A stretch of 43,074 nt of DNA from contig CAZSOP010000001.1 of the NCBI GenBank assembly GCA_964608385.1, forward strand, positions 1-43,074. Reading direction: 5' to 3'. The position numbers and the translations under genes were made by a program. Source of the DNA: an uncultured Cytophagia bacterium (GTDB lineage Bacteria; Zhuqueibacterota; Zhuqueibacteria; Residuimicrobiales; Oceaniaggregativiventaceae). The notes beneath the pieces are model-generated. The model worked only from the letters and a program-made list of their open reading frames with translations. It was not told the origin of the DNA and ran no database searches. This document shows positions 17,058 through 26,365 of this stretch, one piece after another. How positions within the stretch are numbered: the stretch's first letter is position 1; each line of letters opens with the position of its first letter.

Positions 17058-18773
17058 TCAAGAGGCATTTGGTTTTCTATAAGCTGCCAGCACATCATTT
17101 TGATTAATCATACCCACGAGTTTTTGCGGATTATTTTTTTCCACGACCGGAACATAGGTTATATCGCTGTATTTCTGAAAGAGCGCCATGGCTTGTCCCA
17201 GGGTTTGATCCGGGAACAGGGCAATAGGCGAAGGAGTAGATAAATCTCTTGCCACGATCAAATGTTCCAGAGACGCATCAAAAATAATATCCCGTATAAC
17301 GCTGTAATCGACCACGCCGATAAATCTGTCTTCTTTGTCGAGTACCGGGAATCGGTCATATTTACTGTGTGCGATTGTCTGTAAAATAATATTAAACGGT
17401 GTATCTTCGGATAAGGTTTCAATATTCTTTCTCATGACATGGCAAATTAAAATGTCATGAGCGCTGTCGAGTTTATGACCTTCGGGAATGCCGAGTGACT
17501 GGCGGAACTGGTTGATAATAGCATGCAGGCCGTCATAGGCGTTTTCGGCGGAGCGTTTTCTCAGCAGGGTCAGGATCGGTACTTCACCGGCACGAACCAG
17601 GCTTTGCCGGACGGTAATCGGTCCGACGAGCTCGAAGACAACAACGGATCCGAGTATGATCGTTTGGATTTGGTTGCCGATTTCAGGCCAGATATTGACG
17701 ATGGTGTTGGCCAGACCAATAGCCACACCGCCATGGGCCAGCATGGACATCCCGATGCAGCGGCAGACGGTACTGTCAAAAGGAGCAATTCGGGCACCGA
17801 GGTAATTGCCGATCATTTTACCCGCCGTACGCATGATGATATAGATAATTCCGAATAGACCGACATGGGCCAATGCATCCAGATGCAGGTTGGCGCCGGC
17901 AATAACAAAAAAGATGACATAGAGCGGATAATCCACCCCTTTGATGGCGTTGAAGATATGGTTTGATTTGGGGGAGGCGTTGGCTATGGCCATTCCCATA
18001 GCAAAACCGCAAAGGAGGATATCGAGCTGAAATATCCGCGTCATTGCCAGAGACAAAATAATACCGCCCAAAAGTAACAACAGCCATTCTGTTCGCGATT
18101 CCAGAATCTGAGCCCAGAAGCTGATGATAAATCCGATAGCAATTCCCAACAGCGGTGAGATCAGGATTTTAAGCAAAAAAGTTTGCGGAGCTTCGATCGG
18201 CAGCAAAAGAACCACGCCGATATTAAAGGCAAAAATTGCGATGAGATTGCTCAGTCCAACAAGGGCGAGAACAATGTCGGTTACAGGCCCTTCGGATTCG
18301 TATTCGCGGACAACCAAAAGCGTTACCGCCGGCGCCGTGGCAACTGCAATGATTCCGCTGAATAGAGCAAAAGAAAAGATGTTTTGGTTGCTCTGTACAA
18401 AGGATTGGGAGGTGATCAGGGCATAGATCAAAAGGGATACGGAAACGAGGATTAGAGTTGTCGTGGTTTCAATGCCGGAATGGATGAATATCCGGCTGCG
18501 CCAGCGGCTGATGTATTCTCCCTTAAACTGGCTGCCAATCATAACCAGGATTAATACCAGAGCGATATCCGCAAGAATACGAAGATTTGAAACAAGCTCG
18601 GGGGTGAAAAGGGTAATGCCCGTAAGTTTGGAAAAAGAGGGCCCCAGAAGGAGACCGGTGAGCAAATATCCGGTGACCTTGGGTATATGCATTTTTCCGA
18701 TTAACCTGGATATAAACAAGGCGGCAAGATAGGAAATTCCTAGAATCAGTAATATTGTGCCGTATTCAGTCAA
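17058..18773 (-). CDS. Cation:proton antiporter (CPA2/Kef-like Na_H exchanger domain) with a C-terminal CBS-domain pair
   Basis: 571 aa. N-terminus ILGISYLAALFISRLIGKMHIPKVTGYLLTGLLLGPS, followed by about 11 further TM helices. The C-terminal CBS pair reads VMRKNIETLSEDTPFNIILQTIAHSKYDRFPVLDKEDRFIGVVD and ...LFPDQTLGQAMALFQKYSDITYVPVVEKNNPQKLVGMINQNDVL. Confidence 0.85.
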   Translation of the reverse strand: MTEYGTILLILGISYLAALFISRLIGKMHIPKVTGYLLTGLLLGPSFSKLTGITLFTPELVSNLRILADIALVLILVMIGSQFKGEYISRWRSRIFIHSGIETTTTLILVSVSLLIYALITSQSFVQSNQNIFSFALFSGIIAVATAPAVTLLVVREYESEGPVTDIVLALVGLSNLIAIFAFNIGVVLLLPIEAPQTFLLKILISPLLGIAIGFIISFWAQILESRTEWLLLLLGGIILSLAMTRIFQLDILLCGFAMGMAIANASPKSNHIFNAIKGVDYPLYVIFFVIAGANLHLDALAHVGLFGIIYIIMRTAGKMIGNYLGARIAPFDSTVCRCIGMSMLAHGGVAIGLANTIVNIWPEIGNQIQTIILGSVVVFELVGPITVRQSLVRAGEVPILTLLRKRSAENAYDGLHAIINQFRQSLGIPEGHKLDSAHDILICHVMRKNIETLSEDTPFNIILQTIAHSKYDRFPVLDKEDRFIGVVDYSVIRDIIFDASLEHLIVARDLSTPSPIALFPDQTLGQAMALFQKYSDITYVPVVEKNNPQKLVGMINQNDVLAAYRKPNAS

Positions 18774-19064
18774 ATCAATCTCCTGAGAATTTGGATTAAC
18801 AAATTATAAAAAAGAGAATTGAGAAACAAGATAAATAAAAAAAGTATTTGGAATCCCGCTTGATTTTTAGTATTTAATTTTATCCAGGTGATCGCCTGGC
18901 GCACTGTTTGGTGCATTTTTGGGAATCAAAATTCGGTAACCGGTATTCGAATGGGTTGCAGATTACCTTGAGGTTGAATCTGAAGAGTAAAGGTGGTTCG
19001 TTTTGGGATATTATAGCTCTTTCTAGTCGTATACAAACGAATATTGAGAATCAAGGAAAGGAAA

Positions 19065-20318
19065 ATGATGCAGCAACAGGAAATTCTCTCCCCACCGGGA
19101 AAATTCTATCGATGGATCGTATTGTTCTTTATCAGCATGGCGATGTTTGGCAATTATTACGTTTATGACAGTATCAGTCCGCTTGCCGATCTGCTCGAGA
19201 AACAGCTGGGCATGGCGGATAAAAATATTGGGTTGTTGAATGGAATTTACAGTTTTCCCAATATTATCATGGTATTGATCGGCGGACTTGTCATTGACCG
19301 TCTCGGTACCAAACGAGCCTCATTCATCTTTGCTGCCTTGTGCCTTACCGGCGCCGCCATCACCTCTCTGGAAGGCGATATCGTCGTCATGGCCGCTGGC
19401 AGATTGGTCTTTGGTATGGGGTCGGAAAGTTTGATCGTGGCAATAACCACGGTTATCGCCAAGTGGTTCAAAGGCAAGGAGCTTTCCCTCGCCTTCGGCC
19501 TCAATCTGACGGTTGCGCGTCTGGGCACCTTTGCTGCCCTGAATTCCCCTTCGTGGGCCAGGTCATTATATGAACACTGGCAATACCCGCTTTTTATTGC
19601 AGTGGGCGCGGCCGTAATATCGCTGTTGTCGGTGATCGTCTATTTTTCCCTGGAAACCAGAGCTGAGAATAAATATGATCTGGGCGAACGTGAGCAGGTG
19701 GACAAGATCGAGTTCAGATCAATTTTTCGCATGAATTCTTCTTTCTGGCTCATCACAGCGCTCTGTGTAACCTTTTATTCCGCTATTTTTCCTTTTCAGA
19801 CCTTTGCGGTCAAGTTTTTTATGCAATATCATGGTCTCAGCCGCGAGGCAGCGGGATTCACCTCCAGTATTATCACCTTTGCTTCCATGGTGGGTACACC
19901 GCTATTCGGTTATCTGATCGATCGCATCGGCAAACGAGCCAGCCTTATGATGTTCGGCTCTGTTTTGCTGGTTCCGGTATATTTAATGCTGATCTATACG
20001 TCGCTGCATCCGCTGGTTCCAATGATTATGATGGGTGTGGCCTTTTCATTGATCCCTGCGGCCATGTGGCCATCGGTCGCCCTTATTGTCAGAGAAAACC
20101 GTTTGGGTACGGCCTATGGCTTAATGACCATGGTACAGAATATCGGTTTGATGTCGTTTAATTTGATTATCGGCCTGACCAATGACTGGAGCGGTGGTTA
20201 TATTGCCGGCATGTGGATTTTTTCGTGTCTTGGATTTGTCGGTATGCTGTTCTCGTATTTGCTTAAACGAGCGGATTATAAACACAATGATGGTAAACTG
20301 GAAACCTCTAGCATATAA
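19065..20318 (+). CDS. MFS transporter (MFSD1-like subfamily by pattern)
   Basis: The track ORF starts at TTG 19044. I prefer ATG 19065, which is preceded by AAGGAAAGG. There are 12 predicted TM helices. Motifs: GLVIDRLGTKRASFIF (MFS motif-A-like) and LFGYLIDRIGKRASLMMFG (second-half repeat). Confidence 0.85.
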   Translation: MMQQQEILSPPGKFYRWIVLFFISMAMFGNYYVYDSISPLADLLEKQLGMADKNIGLLNGIYSFPNIIMVLIGGLVIDRLGTKRASFIFAALCLTGAAITSLEGDIVVMAAGRLVFGMGSESLIVAITTVIAKWFKGKELSLAFGLNLTVARLGTFAALNSPSWARSLYEHWQYPLFIAVGAAVISLLSVIVYFSLETRAENKYDLGEREQVDKIEFRSIFRMNSSFWLITALCVTFYSAIFPFQTFAVKFFMQYHGLSREAAGFTSSIITFASMVGTPLFGYLIDRIGKRASLMMFGSVLLVPVYLMLIYTSLHPLVPMIMMGVAFSLIPAAMWPSVALIVRENRLGTAYGLMTMVQNIGLMSFNLIIGLTNDWSGGYIAGMWIFSCLGFVGMLFSYLLKRADYKHNDGKLETSSI

Positions 20319-20442
20319 CTGCCTGGTAAACGCTTTAGTATGAAAACCTGTTAATGAAAAATGATTTTTTAGGGAAAGATGGGTTGGGATAATTGGCGGG
20401 AAGAAGATGAAAAAAATCACTGTTAGCGATATGTAAGGTTAG

Positions 20443-20886
20443 ATGTATATTTTAGAGGATAATATTGTGGCTATTGTATATTTAACCCGTCGGTTTCACT
20501 TTAGTTCGAGTCACAGACTCCATAGTGATATGCTGGATGAAAGAACAAATATTGCAATATTCGGTCAGTGTAATAATTTTTATGGTCACGGGCACAATTA
20601 TGAGCTTGAGGTCACCATAAAAGGTACGCCGGATCCGGCAACGGGTATGATAATTAATCTTTATGATCTGAAAAAGATCGTCAATGAAAAGCTGATCTCC
20701 CGCGTTGATCACAAGCATTTAAACGAGGATGTCGATTTTATGCAGGGAATTGTTCCAACGGCTGAAAATTTGGTGGTCGAGTTTTGGGAAATTCTCAAGG
20801 ATGCCTTGCCCGCCGGTGAATTATATGAATTAAAATTATACGAAACGCCAAATAATGTAGCACTATACAGGGGGGAACAGCAATGA
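20443..20886 (+). CDS. queD: 6-pyruvoyl-tetrahydropterin / 6-carboxy-tetrahydropterin synthase (PTPS/QueD family)
   Basis: Motifs: [62 protein letters not shown]. The stop overlaps the folE start (ATGA). Confidence 0.9.
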   Translation: MYILEDNIVAIVYLTRRFHFSSSHRLHSDMLDERTNIAIFGQCNNFYGHGHNYELEVTIKGTPDPATGMIINLYDLKKIVNEKLISRVDHKHLNEDVDFMQGIVPTAENLVVEFWEILKDALPAGELYELKLYETPNNVALYRGEQQ

Positions 20887-21443
20887 GCAAATCTTTAGCC
20901 TCCATTACCAGGGAATTGCTGCATATTATTGATGAGAATCCGGACCGCGAAGGGTTGTTGCGAACGCCTGAACGCGTCGAAAAAGCGTGGTCTTATTTGA
21001 CCCGGGGATATCATACAAACCTGAACGAAATCCTGAACGACGCCATTTTCCATGAGGATTGCAATGAAATGGTGCTTGTTCGCAACATAGAGTATTACAG
21101 TTTATGCGAGCACCATCTTTTGCCCTTTTATGGGAAATGTCATGTTGCTTACCTGCCCGACAAGAAGATCATCGGTTTGAGTAAAATTCCCCGTATTGTG
21201 GACATGTTTTCACGTCGTCTGCAGGTACAGGAACGGATGACCAACCAGATCGCCAACACATTGGTGGAGGTGCTGGAGCCGCATGGGGTGGCCGTGGTTA
21301 TGGACGGAACTCATCTCTGCATGATGATGCGTGGTGTTGAAAAACAGAACAGCCGTGCCACCACCAGTGCCATGCTCGGAGATTTTAAAACCGACCGGCG
21401 TACACGGATGGAATTTCTTAATTTGATCCAAAATCGAACCTGA
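20883..21443 (+). CDS. folE: GTP cyclohydrolase I
   Basis: 186 aa. Motifs: [82 protein letters not shown]. Confidence 0.97.
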   Translation: MSKSLASITRELLHIIDENPDREGLLRTPERVEKAWSYLTRGYHTNLNEILNDAIFHEDCNEMVLVRNIEYYSLCEHHLLPFYGKCHVAYLPDKKIIGLSKIPRIVDMFSRRLQVQERMTNQIANTLVEVLEPHGVAVVMDGTHLCMMMRGVEKQNSRATTSAMLGDFKTDRRTRMEFLNLIQNRT

Positions 21444-21512
21444 TGTGGCTGAAAAATCCGAGATAAAAGGTCGTCCATCTTTGAATGAACCATTTAATCA
21501 AGGGAGGAGTTT

Positions 21513-22202
21513 ATGTCATCGCTTACCTTTTTAGGACATGATGCTTTTACAGTTGAATATGAAAATAATTACCTGGTGTTTGATCCTTTCATAAGCGGAA
21601 ACCCCGCTGCTTTCGTCGATCCAAAGAATATCAAGGCGAATTTCGTTTTGCTGACACATGGGCATGGCGATCACTTGGGTGACGGTATCGAAATCGCCCA
21701 GGCCAACGATGCCGTTGTCATTGCTCCGTTTGAATTGGCCACGTATTGCGGCAATAAAGGGTGTCGGGTGCATCCCATGCATATCGGGGGGGGGCATGAG
21801 TTTGCCTTCGGACGGGTAAAATTGACCATTGCACATCATGGATCCGGTGCTGATCTGGGTGGCGATGCTCTCGCCTATATGGGAAATCCGTGTGGTTTTT
21901 TGCTCACGCTTGACGGCAAAACGATTTATCACGCTGGTGACACCGGTTTGTTTCTTGATATGAAATTGATCGGTGAATTGAATTCTATCGATATTGCGCT
22001 CCTGCCGATCGGTGACAATTTTACCATGGGAATAGATGACGCTGTTAGAGCGGTTGATTTTTTGAAACCAAAGCTGGTGGTGCCGATGCACTATAATACG
22101 TTTGAAGCCATTCAAACGGATCCGCAAGTTTTTAAAGAAAAAGTTGAGCAAAATGGCGGTCAGGTACGTATTTTAGAACCCGGTGAGAGCATGGGCTTTT
22201 AA
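21513..22202 (+). CDS. UPF0173-family metal-dependent hydrolase (metallo-beta-lactamase fold)
   Basis: 229 aa with GGGAGG upstream. Motifs: LTFLGHDAFTVEY, FVLLTHGHGDHLGD, YHAGDTGLF, VVPMHYNTF. Confidence 0.85.
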   Translation: MSSLTFLGHDAFTVEYENNYLVFDPFISGNPAAFVDPKNIKANFVLLTHGHGDHLGDGIEIAQANDAVVIAPFELATYCGNKGCRVHPMHIGGGHEFAFGRVKLTIAHHGSGADLGGDALAYMGNPCGFLLTLDGKTIYHAGDTGLFLDMKLIGELNSIDIALLPIGDNFTMGIDDAVRAVDFLKPKLVVPMHYNTFEAIQTDPQVFKEKVEQNGGQVRILEPGESMGF

Positions 22203-22320
22203 CCTTGATTTCAATCAATATTATATATACTTTCCATGTTATGCCTTGCTGTTCTTTAAGGGGAGCGGATGAACGAATTATTCTGCTTGCTGATGACTCG
22301 ATCAATACAGGAAAAAAATT

Positions 22321-24210
22321 GTGACCGAAAAAATTCTCTTAATCATCCTCTTCGTTCTGTTTGTCCCGGTTATGGCGCAAAACGGTGGATGGAATCTGGA
22401 TATTATGTCGCTTTCAGAGGTTAAACCGGGTATGAGCGGTTATGGTAAAACGGTTTATTATGGAACCCGAATCGACACCTTTGGTGTAAACGTACTGGGA
22501 ATCCTTAAAAATCTTTACCCCAAACGCGATGTGATTTTGATACGCCTGAGTGGTAGCCAGGCAGAACACTCGGGTGTGGTCAGCGGCATGAGCGGCAGCC
22601 CGATTTATATTGATAATAAGCTGATAGGGGCACTGGCGATGCGGTTAGGTCAATTTATGAAAGAACCCATCGCTGCTGTCATGCCGATCGAATACATGCT
22701 GGAGGTCGCACACAAAGAGGAGCAACGGCCCGATCATGAAAATGTCTTTTCATTTTTTCGTGATTATCTCGATTTTTATCTCTGCCAAACACCATCGGAT
22801 TTTTGGGAACTGATACTCAAAAGACAATTCTCCCATCTCGCTTCCGGTGCCCCGGATCATCTGCAACCGATTGCCACACCCCTTGTGTTTTCCGGGTTTC
22901 AATCATCCGTGCTGCAGCCCTACCATGATCTGTTTCGCTCCCTCGGTTTTGTGGTGACCACGGGCAGTGCTCCGGCCAGATCAGGCGACAAAAAGAGCAG
23001 CGGGATCACAGCAGGATCAGCTATTTCTCAAATATTTGTCGATGGTGATGCAACGATCAATTCAACCGGTACGGTGACCGCTGTTGAGGGGCATAAATTG
23101 CTCGCCTTTGGGCATCATGTTTTTAATCTCGGCCCTGTTCATGTTCCCATGGCGAGGGCTCAGGTGTTGGCGACGCTGCCCAGTATGATGGCCTCCAGTA
23201 AAATGGCAATGTCAACCGATATTATTGGGGTGTTTCGCCAGGATCGGTTGGCGGGTGTTTATGGCGAATTGAACCGGGCTGCCTCGATGATTCCTGTTCA
23301 TCTTGGTATCGATTCGGATGTATTGGGCGATACGCAGTATAGGTTTCGAATGACCGATGATCCGGCCGTGAACAACCTGACGCCCTTTTTCCTCAGGATT
23401 GCTCTTTTTCAGGCTTTTATCGCATCGCGGTTATCATCGGAATCGGCAACAACCCATCTGCAGGTTGATTTTTCTTTTGCGGATGGTGACACGCTGCATC
23501 TGCAGGATTTTTTTTCCACATACAACCGGCTGGGAGTATTGGAGACGGGATATGATGTCGCCGCTATTTGTGATTTTGTTACAAGTGCATTGGGCCTGCT
23601 GCTTGTCAATGATTTTGACGCTCCTGCGGTTGCAAAAATTGATATTCAGGGAACCGTCAAGGCGGGTGAAAATGTGGCCAAACTCAAAAGTATACGTATC
23701 GATCAATCCTCAGTTGAACCCGGTGATTCGTTGCTTCTCAAAGTGATGATGCAAAAGACCAATGGCAAAAAATTGAGTTTCCTGCGTCATATACCGATTC
23801 CGGATCAAAAAGACCTGGGTCGTCTGACTTTGATCGTCGGCAGTGCCGGTTCTATCTTACGATATGAGATGCAGTTGAATCCTGAAAAATATCGTCCCGT
23901 CGATTATGAACATTTGAGAACCATTCTGGCGGAACGCCGTAAAAGCAATGCCCTTTATGTACAGCTTTGGGCCCGCGATGGCACTATGGTGGTGCAGGGG
24001 CAGGAGATGAGCCAGTTACCCCCTTCGATACTGAATATGATGGATTCCAGGCGATCGCAGGGAGAAAACAGGAGGCTGAGCAGCCGGTTGCTCGAAGAGT
24101 ATATCATTCCTCTGGATTGTCTTGCAATCGGCGCGAAACATTTGATTATTCAGGTAAAGGATTCAAAAGATTCACAAAACTGGCCCGAGTTTGAGGATGA
24201 CGAAAGATGA
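22321..24210 (+). CDS. Secreted peptidase S55 (SpoIVB-like) domain protein with a long uncharacterised C-terminal region
   Basis: GTG start. Signal peptide MTEKILLIILFVLFVPVMAQ. The N-terminal domain reads GMSGYGKTVYYGTRIDTFGVNVLGILKNLYPKRDVILIRLSG...HSGVVSGMSGSPIYIDNKLIGALA. The GMSGSP serine motif (nt 22585..22602) matches my recollection of the SpoIVB active-site motif. I cannot locate the catalytic His or Asp. Confidence 0.7.
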   Translation: MTEKILLIILFVLFVPVMAQNGGWNLDIMSLSEVKPGMSGYGKTVYYGTRIDTFGVNVLGILKNLYPKRDVILIRLSGSQAEHSGVVSGMSGSPIYIDNKLIGALAMRLGQFMKEPIAAVMPIEYMLEVAHKEEQRPDHENVFSFFRDYLDFYLCQTPSDFWELILKRQFSHLASGAPDHLQPIATPLVFSGFQSSVLQPYHDLFRSLGFVVTTGSAPARSGDKKSSGITAGSAISQIFVDGDATINSTGTVTAVEGHKLLAFGHHVFNLGPVHVPMARAQVLATLPSMMASSKMAMSTDIIGVFRQDRLAGVYGELNRAASMIPVHLGIDSDVLGDTQYRFRMTDDPAVNNLTPFFLRIALFQAFIASRLSSESATTHLQVDFSFADGDTLHLQDFFSTYNRLGVLETGYDVAAICDFVTSALGLLLVNDFDAPAVAKIDIQGTVKAGENVAKLKSIRIDQSSVEPGDSLLLKVMMQKTNGKKLSFLRHIPIPDQKDLGRLTLIVGSAGSILRYEMQLNPEKYRPVDYEHLRTILAERRKSNALYVQLWARDGTMVVQGQEMSQLPPSILNMMDSRRSQGENRRLSSRLLEEYIIPLDCLAIGAKHLIIQVKDSKDSQNWPEFEDDER

Positions 24211-24229
24211 AGAGAGACAGGAAGGATAA

Positions 24230-26365
24230 ATGAAGAAAATAATTTTTCTTATGATGATATTGGCCTTGCCGCTATGGGCGGTTAAAACCCGGTTTCGTAC
24301 CCAGGAAACCAGGCTTGACTTTGCCGCCGGTAAAGGCAGCCACGTGTCGATTCTCAGAGGCGGTAAGTTGGTGCCCGGTCCGGCAATCCAGCCTTTGCTC
24401 AGCAGTGTCGATCCCTATATTTGGCATTCAGTTGTCAACCGGAATGGCGATGTCTTTCTGGGGACCGGAAATGATGGTCTGGTTTACAGAATCGATAGCA
24501 ACGGCGACAGCTCGATATTCTTTAACGCACCCGAACTGGAAATTTTCGCACTTGCCATTGATCGTCGGGACAGACTTTATGCGGCCAGTTCACCGGACGG
24601 TAAAGTATATCGTTTGCAAAGCAGCCAAAACGCTGAGGTTTTTTTCGATCCGGAGGATAGATATATCTGGAGTCTCGCTTTTGATAAAAGCGGTAATCTG
24701 TTTGTGGCAACAGGGGAAAAGGCACGAATATATAAAATCTCACCAAACGGCGAATCAGAGATTTTTTTCGAGGGCGACCATAAGCATATCCGCTGTTTAA
24801 TCACCGACAAGCAGGGTTTTCTTTACGCCGGCAGCAGTGGAAGCGGATATATTTACAGGTTCGACCCAAAGGGTGAGCCCTTTGTATTATATGATACACA
24901 ATTGGAAGAAGTTAATGCAATGGCGATTTGCCGGGAAGGGGAGATTTTTGCCGGCGCTTTTGGTGATGCGTCCGCACAATCCAAAAGTGTTATACAGAGT
25001 TTGCAAAAGGAAACCGGAGACAGTGATCTGGAAAAAGGAAACTCGAAAAGTAGTCAAGTGCTCCTTTCGCGCCAGTCTATTATGCCGGAAATGTTTTTGA
25101 ATGCCGGCTCCCGGCAGAATGCTCTGTTTCGTATTGATCGGTTCGGACATGCAGAGGATATCTGGCCATTCAAAGATGAAACCGTACAGACAATCATGAG
25201 CGTTGACAGCAGTGGTATTTATGTTGGAGCAGGGGATTCCGGGAATTTGTATCATTTGAGCCGGGAAGGAGAGGCTTCGACCCTGCTGCAGGGCCGGGAT
25301 GCTTTTATTTCTCATCTGGCCTATACCCGGGAGCGCGCAATTTTAGTCTCAACGAGCAATATGGGAAAGTGTTTTCGCATCGCATCCCATCCGGTAGAAA
25401 AAGCTGTTTTCGAGTCAGAGCCTATTGATGCGATGGAAACTTCAGACTGGGGAAACCTGGATTGGCGGGGCCATGAGGGCGATGGACGGATTGAATTTTA
25501 TACCCGATCCGGTAACAGCGAAGAACCCGGGCAAACCTGGAGTGAATGGCAGCCAGTGGTAAACGAGAATAATGTTTACAGAATCATTAGTCCCTCTTTC
25601 AGGTTTATTCAATGGAAATCTGTTCTCTATTCTTCGCAAACCTCCCAACCGGTGATCGATAAAGTAACCATTTCTTTTCAGGAGAAGAATCTGCCGCCGT
25701 CGATCAGTACGATTATTATTCATGAACAAGGAGAATATGCACAGCCGGAAAAACGCAAGAGTTCAAATCCTGATGAAAAGGGTATAGCATTTCCGCAAAA
25801 TCTCCCTTCCATGACTCAGAAAAAGGGCTATAGAACCGTGGACTGGATATTCAGCGATCCCAATGCTGACCGTATGATATTCGATATCGCTTTTCAACGC
25901 CTTTCTTCCGGACTTTGGCATCTTCTGGCAGAGGAGCTTGAGGTCAATTATTACAGCTGGGACACGGCACAGATGGCTGATGGACATTATCGTTTGAAAA
26001 TTTCAGCCAGTGATCATTGCAGCAATCCCATTCAAAATGCCTTTCGTCGCGAAAAGATGAGCGATATTTTTCTGGTTGATAACAGCGGTCCGGTGATCTC
26101 CGAATTCAACGCTGCTTTTAAGGATCAAAATCGGCGGATTTCATTCAAAGTACACGATGAATGGTCCTACCTGACCCGAATCGAATATAGCGTTGATGCC
26201 GGTGGCTGGAAATTGCTGGTTCCTGTGGATCAGATCACTGATGCCAAAACCGAATGGTTCGAGCTCGACCTTGCTGCAAAAAAGCAGGTAAAATCCATCG
26301 CTGTGCGGGCCACAGACAGACTTGAAAATGTGACGGTAAACCACTATTCGATAAAAGGAGATTAA
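24230..26365 (+). CDS. Secreted seven-bladed beta-propeller protein with C-terminal Ig/FN3-like domains
   Basis: 711 aa with signal peptide MKKIIFLMMILALPLWA. There are seven spaced blade motifs: GLVYRIDSNGD, GKVYRLQSSQN, ARIYKISPNGE, GYIYRFDPKGE, NALFRIDRFGH, GNLYHLSREGE, GKCFRIASHP. It starts 19 nt after the S55-like gene. Confidence 0.75.
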   Translation: MKKIIFLMMILALPLWAVKTRFRTQETRLDFAAGKGSHVSILRGGKLVPGPAIQPLLSSVDPYIWHSVVNRNGDVFLGTGNDGLVYRIDSNGDSSIFFNAPELEIFALAIDRRDRLYAASSPDGKVYRLQSSQNAEVFFDPEDRYIWSLAFDKSGNLFVATGEKARIYKISPNGESEIFFEGDHKHIRCLITDKQGFLYAGSSGSGYIYRFDPKGEPFVLYDTQLEEVNAMAICREGEIFAGAFGDASAQSKSVIQSLQKETGDSDLEKGNSKSSQVLLSRQSIMPEMFLNAGSRQNALFRIDRFGHAEDIWPFKDETVQTIMSVDSSGIYVGAGDSGNLYHLSREGEASTLLQGRDAFISHLAYTRERAILVSTSNMGKCFRIASHPVEKAVFESEPIDAMETSDWGNLDWRGHEGDGRIEFYTRSGNSEEPGQTWSEWQPVVNENNVYRIISPSFRFIQWKSVLYSSQTSQPVIDKVTISFQEKNLPPSISTIIIHEQGEYAQPEKRKSSNPDEKGIAFPQNLPSMTQKKGYRTVDWIFSDPNADRMIFDIAFQRLSSGLWHLLAEELEVNYYSWDTAQMADGHYRLKISASDHCSNPIQNAFRREKMSDIFLVDNSGPVISEFNAAFKDQNRRISFKVHDEWSYLTRIEYSVDAGGWKLLVPVDQITDAKTEWFELDLAAKKQVKSIAVRATDRLENVTVNHYSIKGD

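Noticed and set aside
20319-20442. A preQ1 or THF riboswitch in the leader of the PTPS/QueD-folE pair.
   Set aside because: There is no short hairpin followed by the A-rich tail typical of preQ1-I, and no THF-like fold is recognisable. The sequence is mostly purine-rich and lacks complementary arms.
21786-21794. A G9 homopolymer in the UPF0173 gene, plus G7 runs at about 2815, 2330, 15131 and 36413, as possible phase-variation tracts.
   Set aside because: The G9 simply encodes Gly-Gly-Gly in a conserved HIGGGHEF context of a housekeeping hydrolase. The other runs are short, and I have no population evidence of length variation.
26326-26365. A programmed -1 frameshift fusing the secreted propeller protein to the DHH phosphoesterase.
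   Set aside because: There is no slippery heptamer in the overlap. A fusion of a signal-peptide surface protein to a cytoplasmic nanoRNase is biologically implausible. A non-canonical ATT/ATC start or a sequence error is the simpler explanation.
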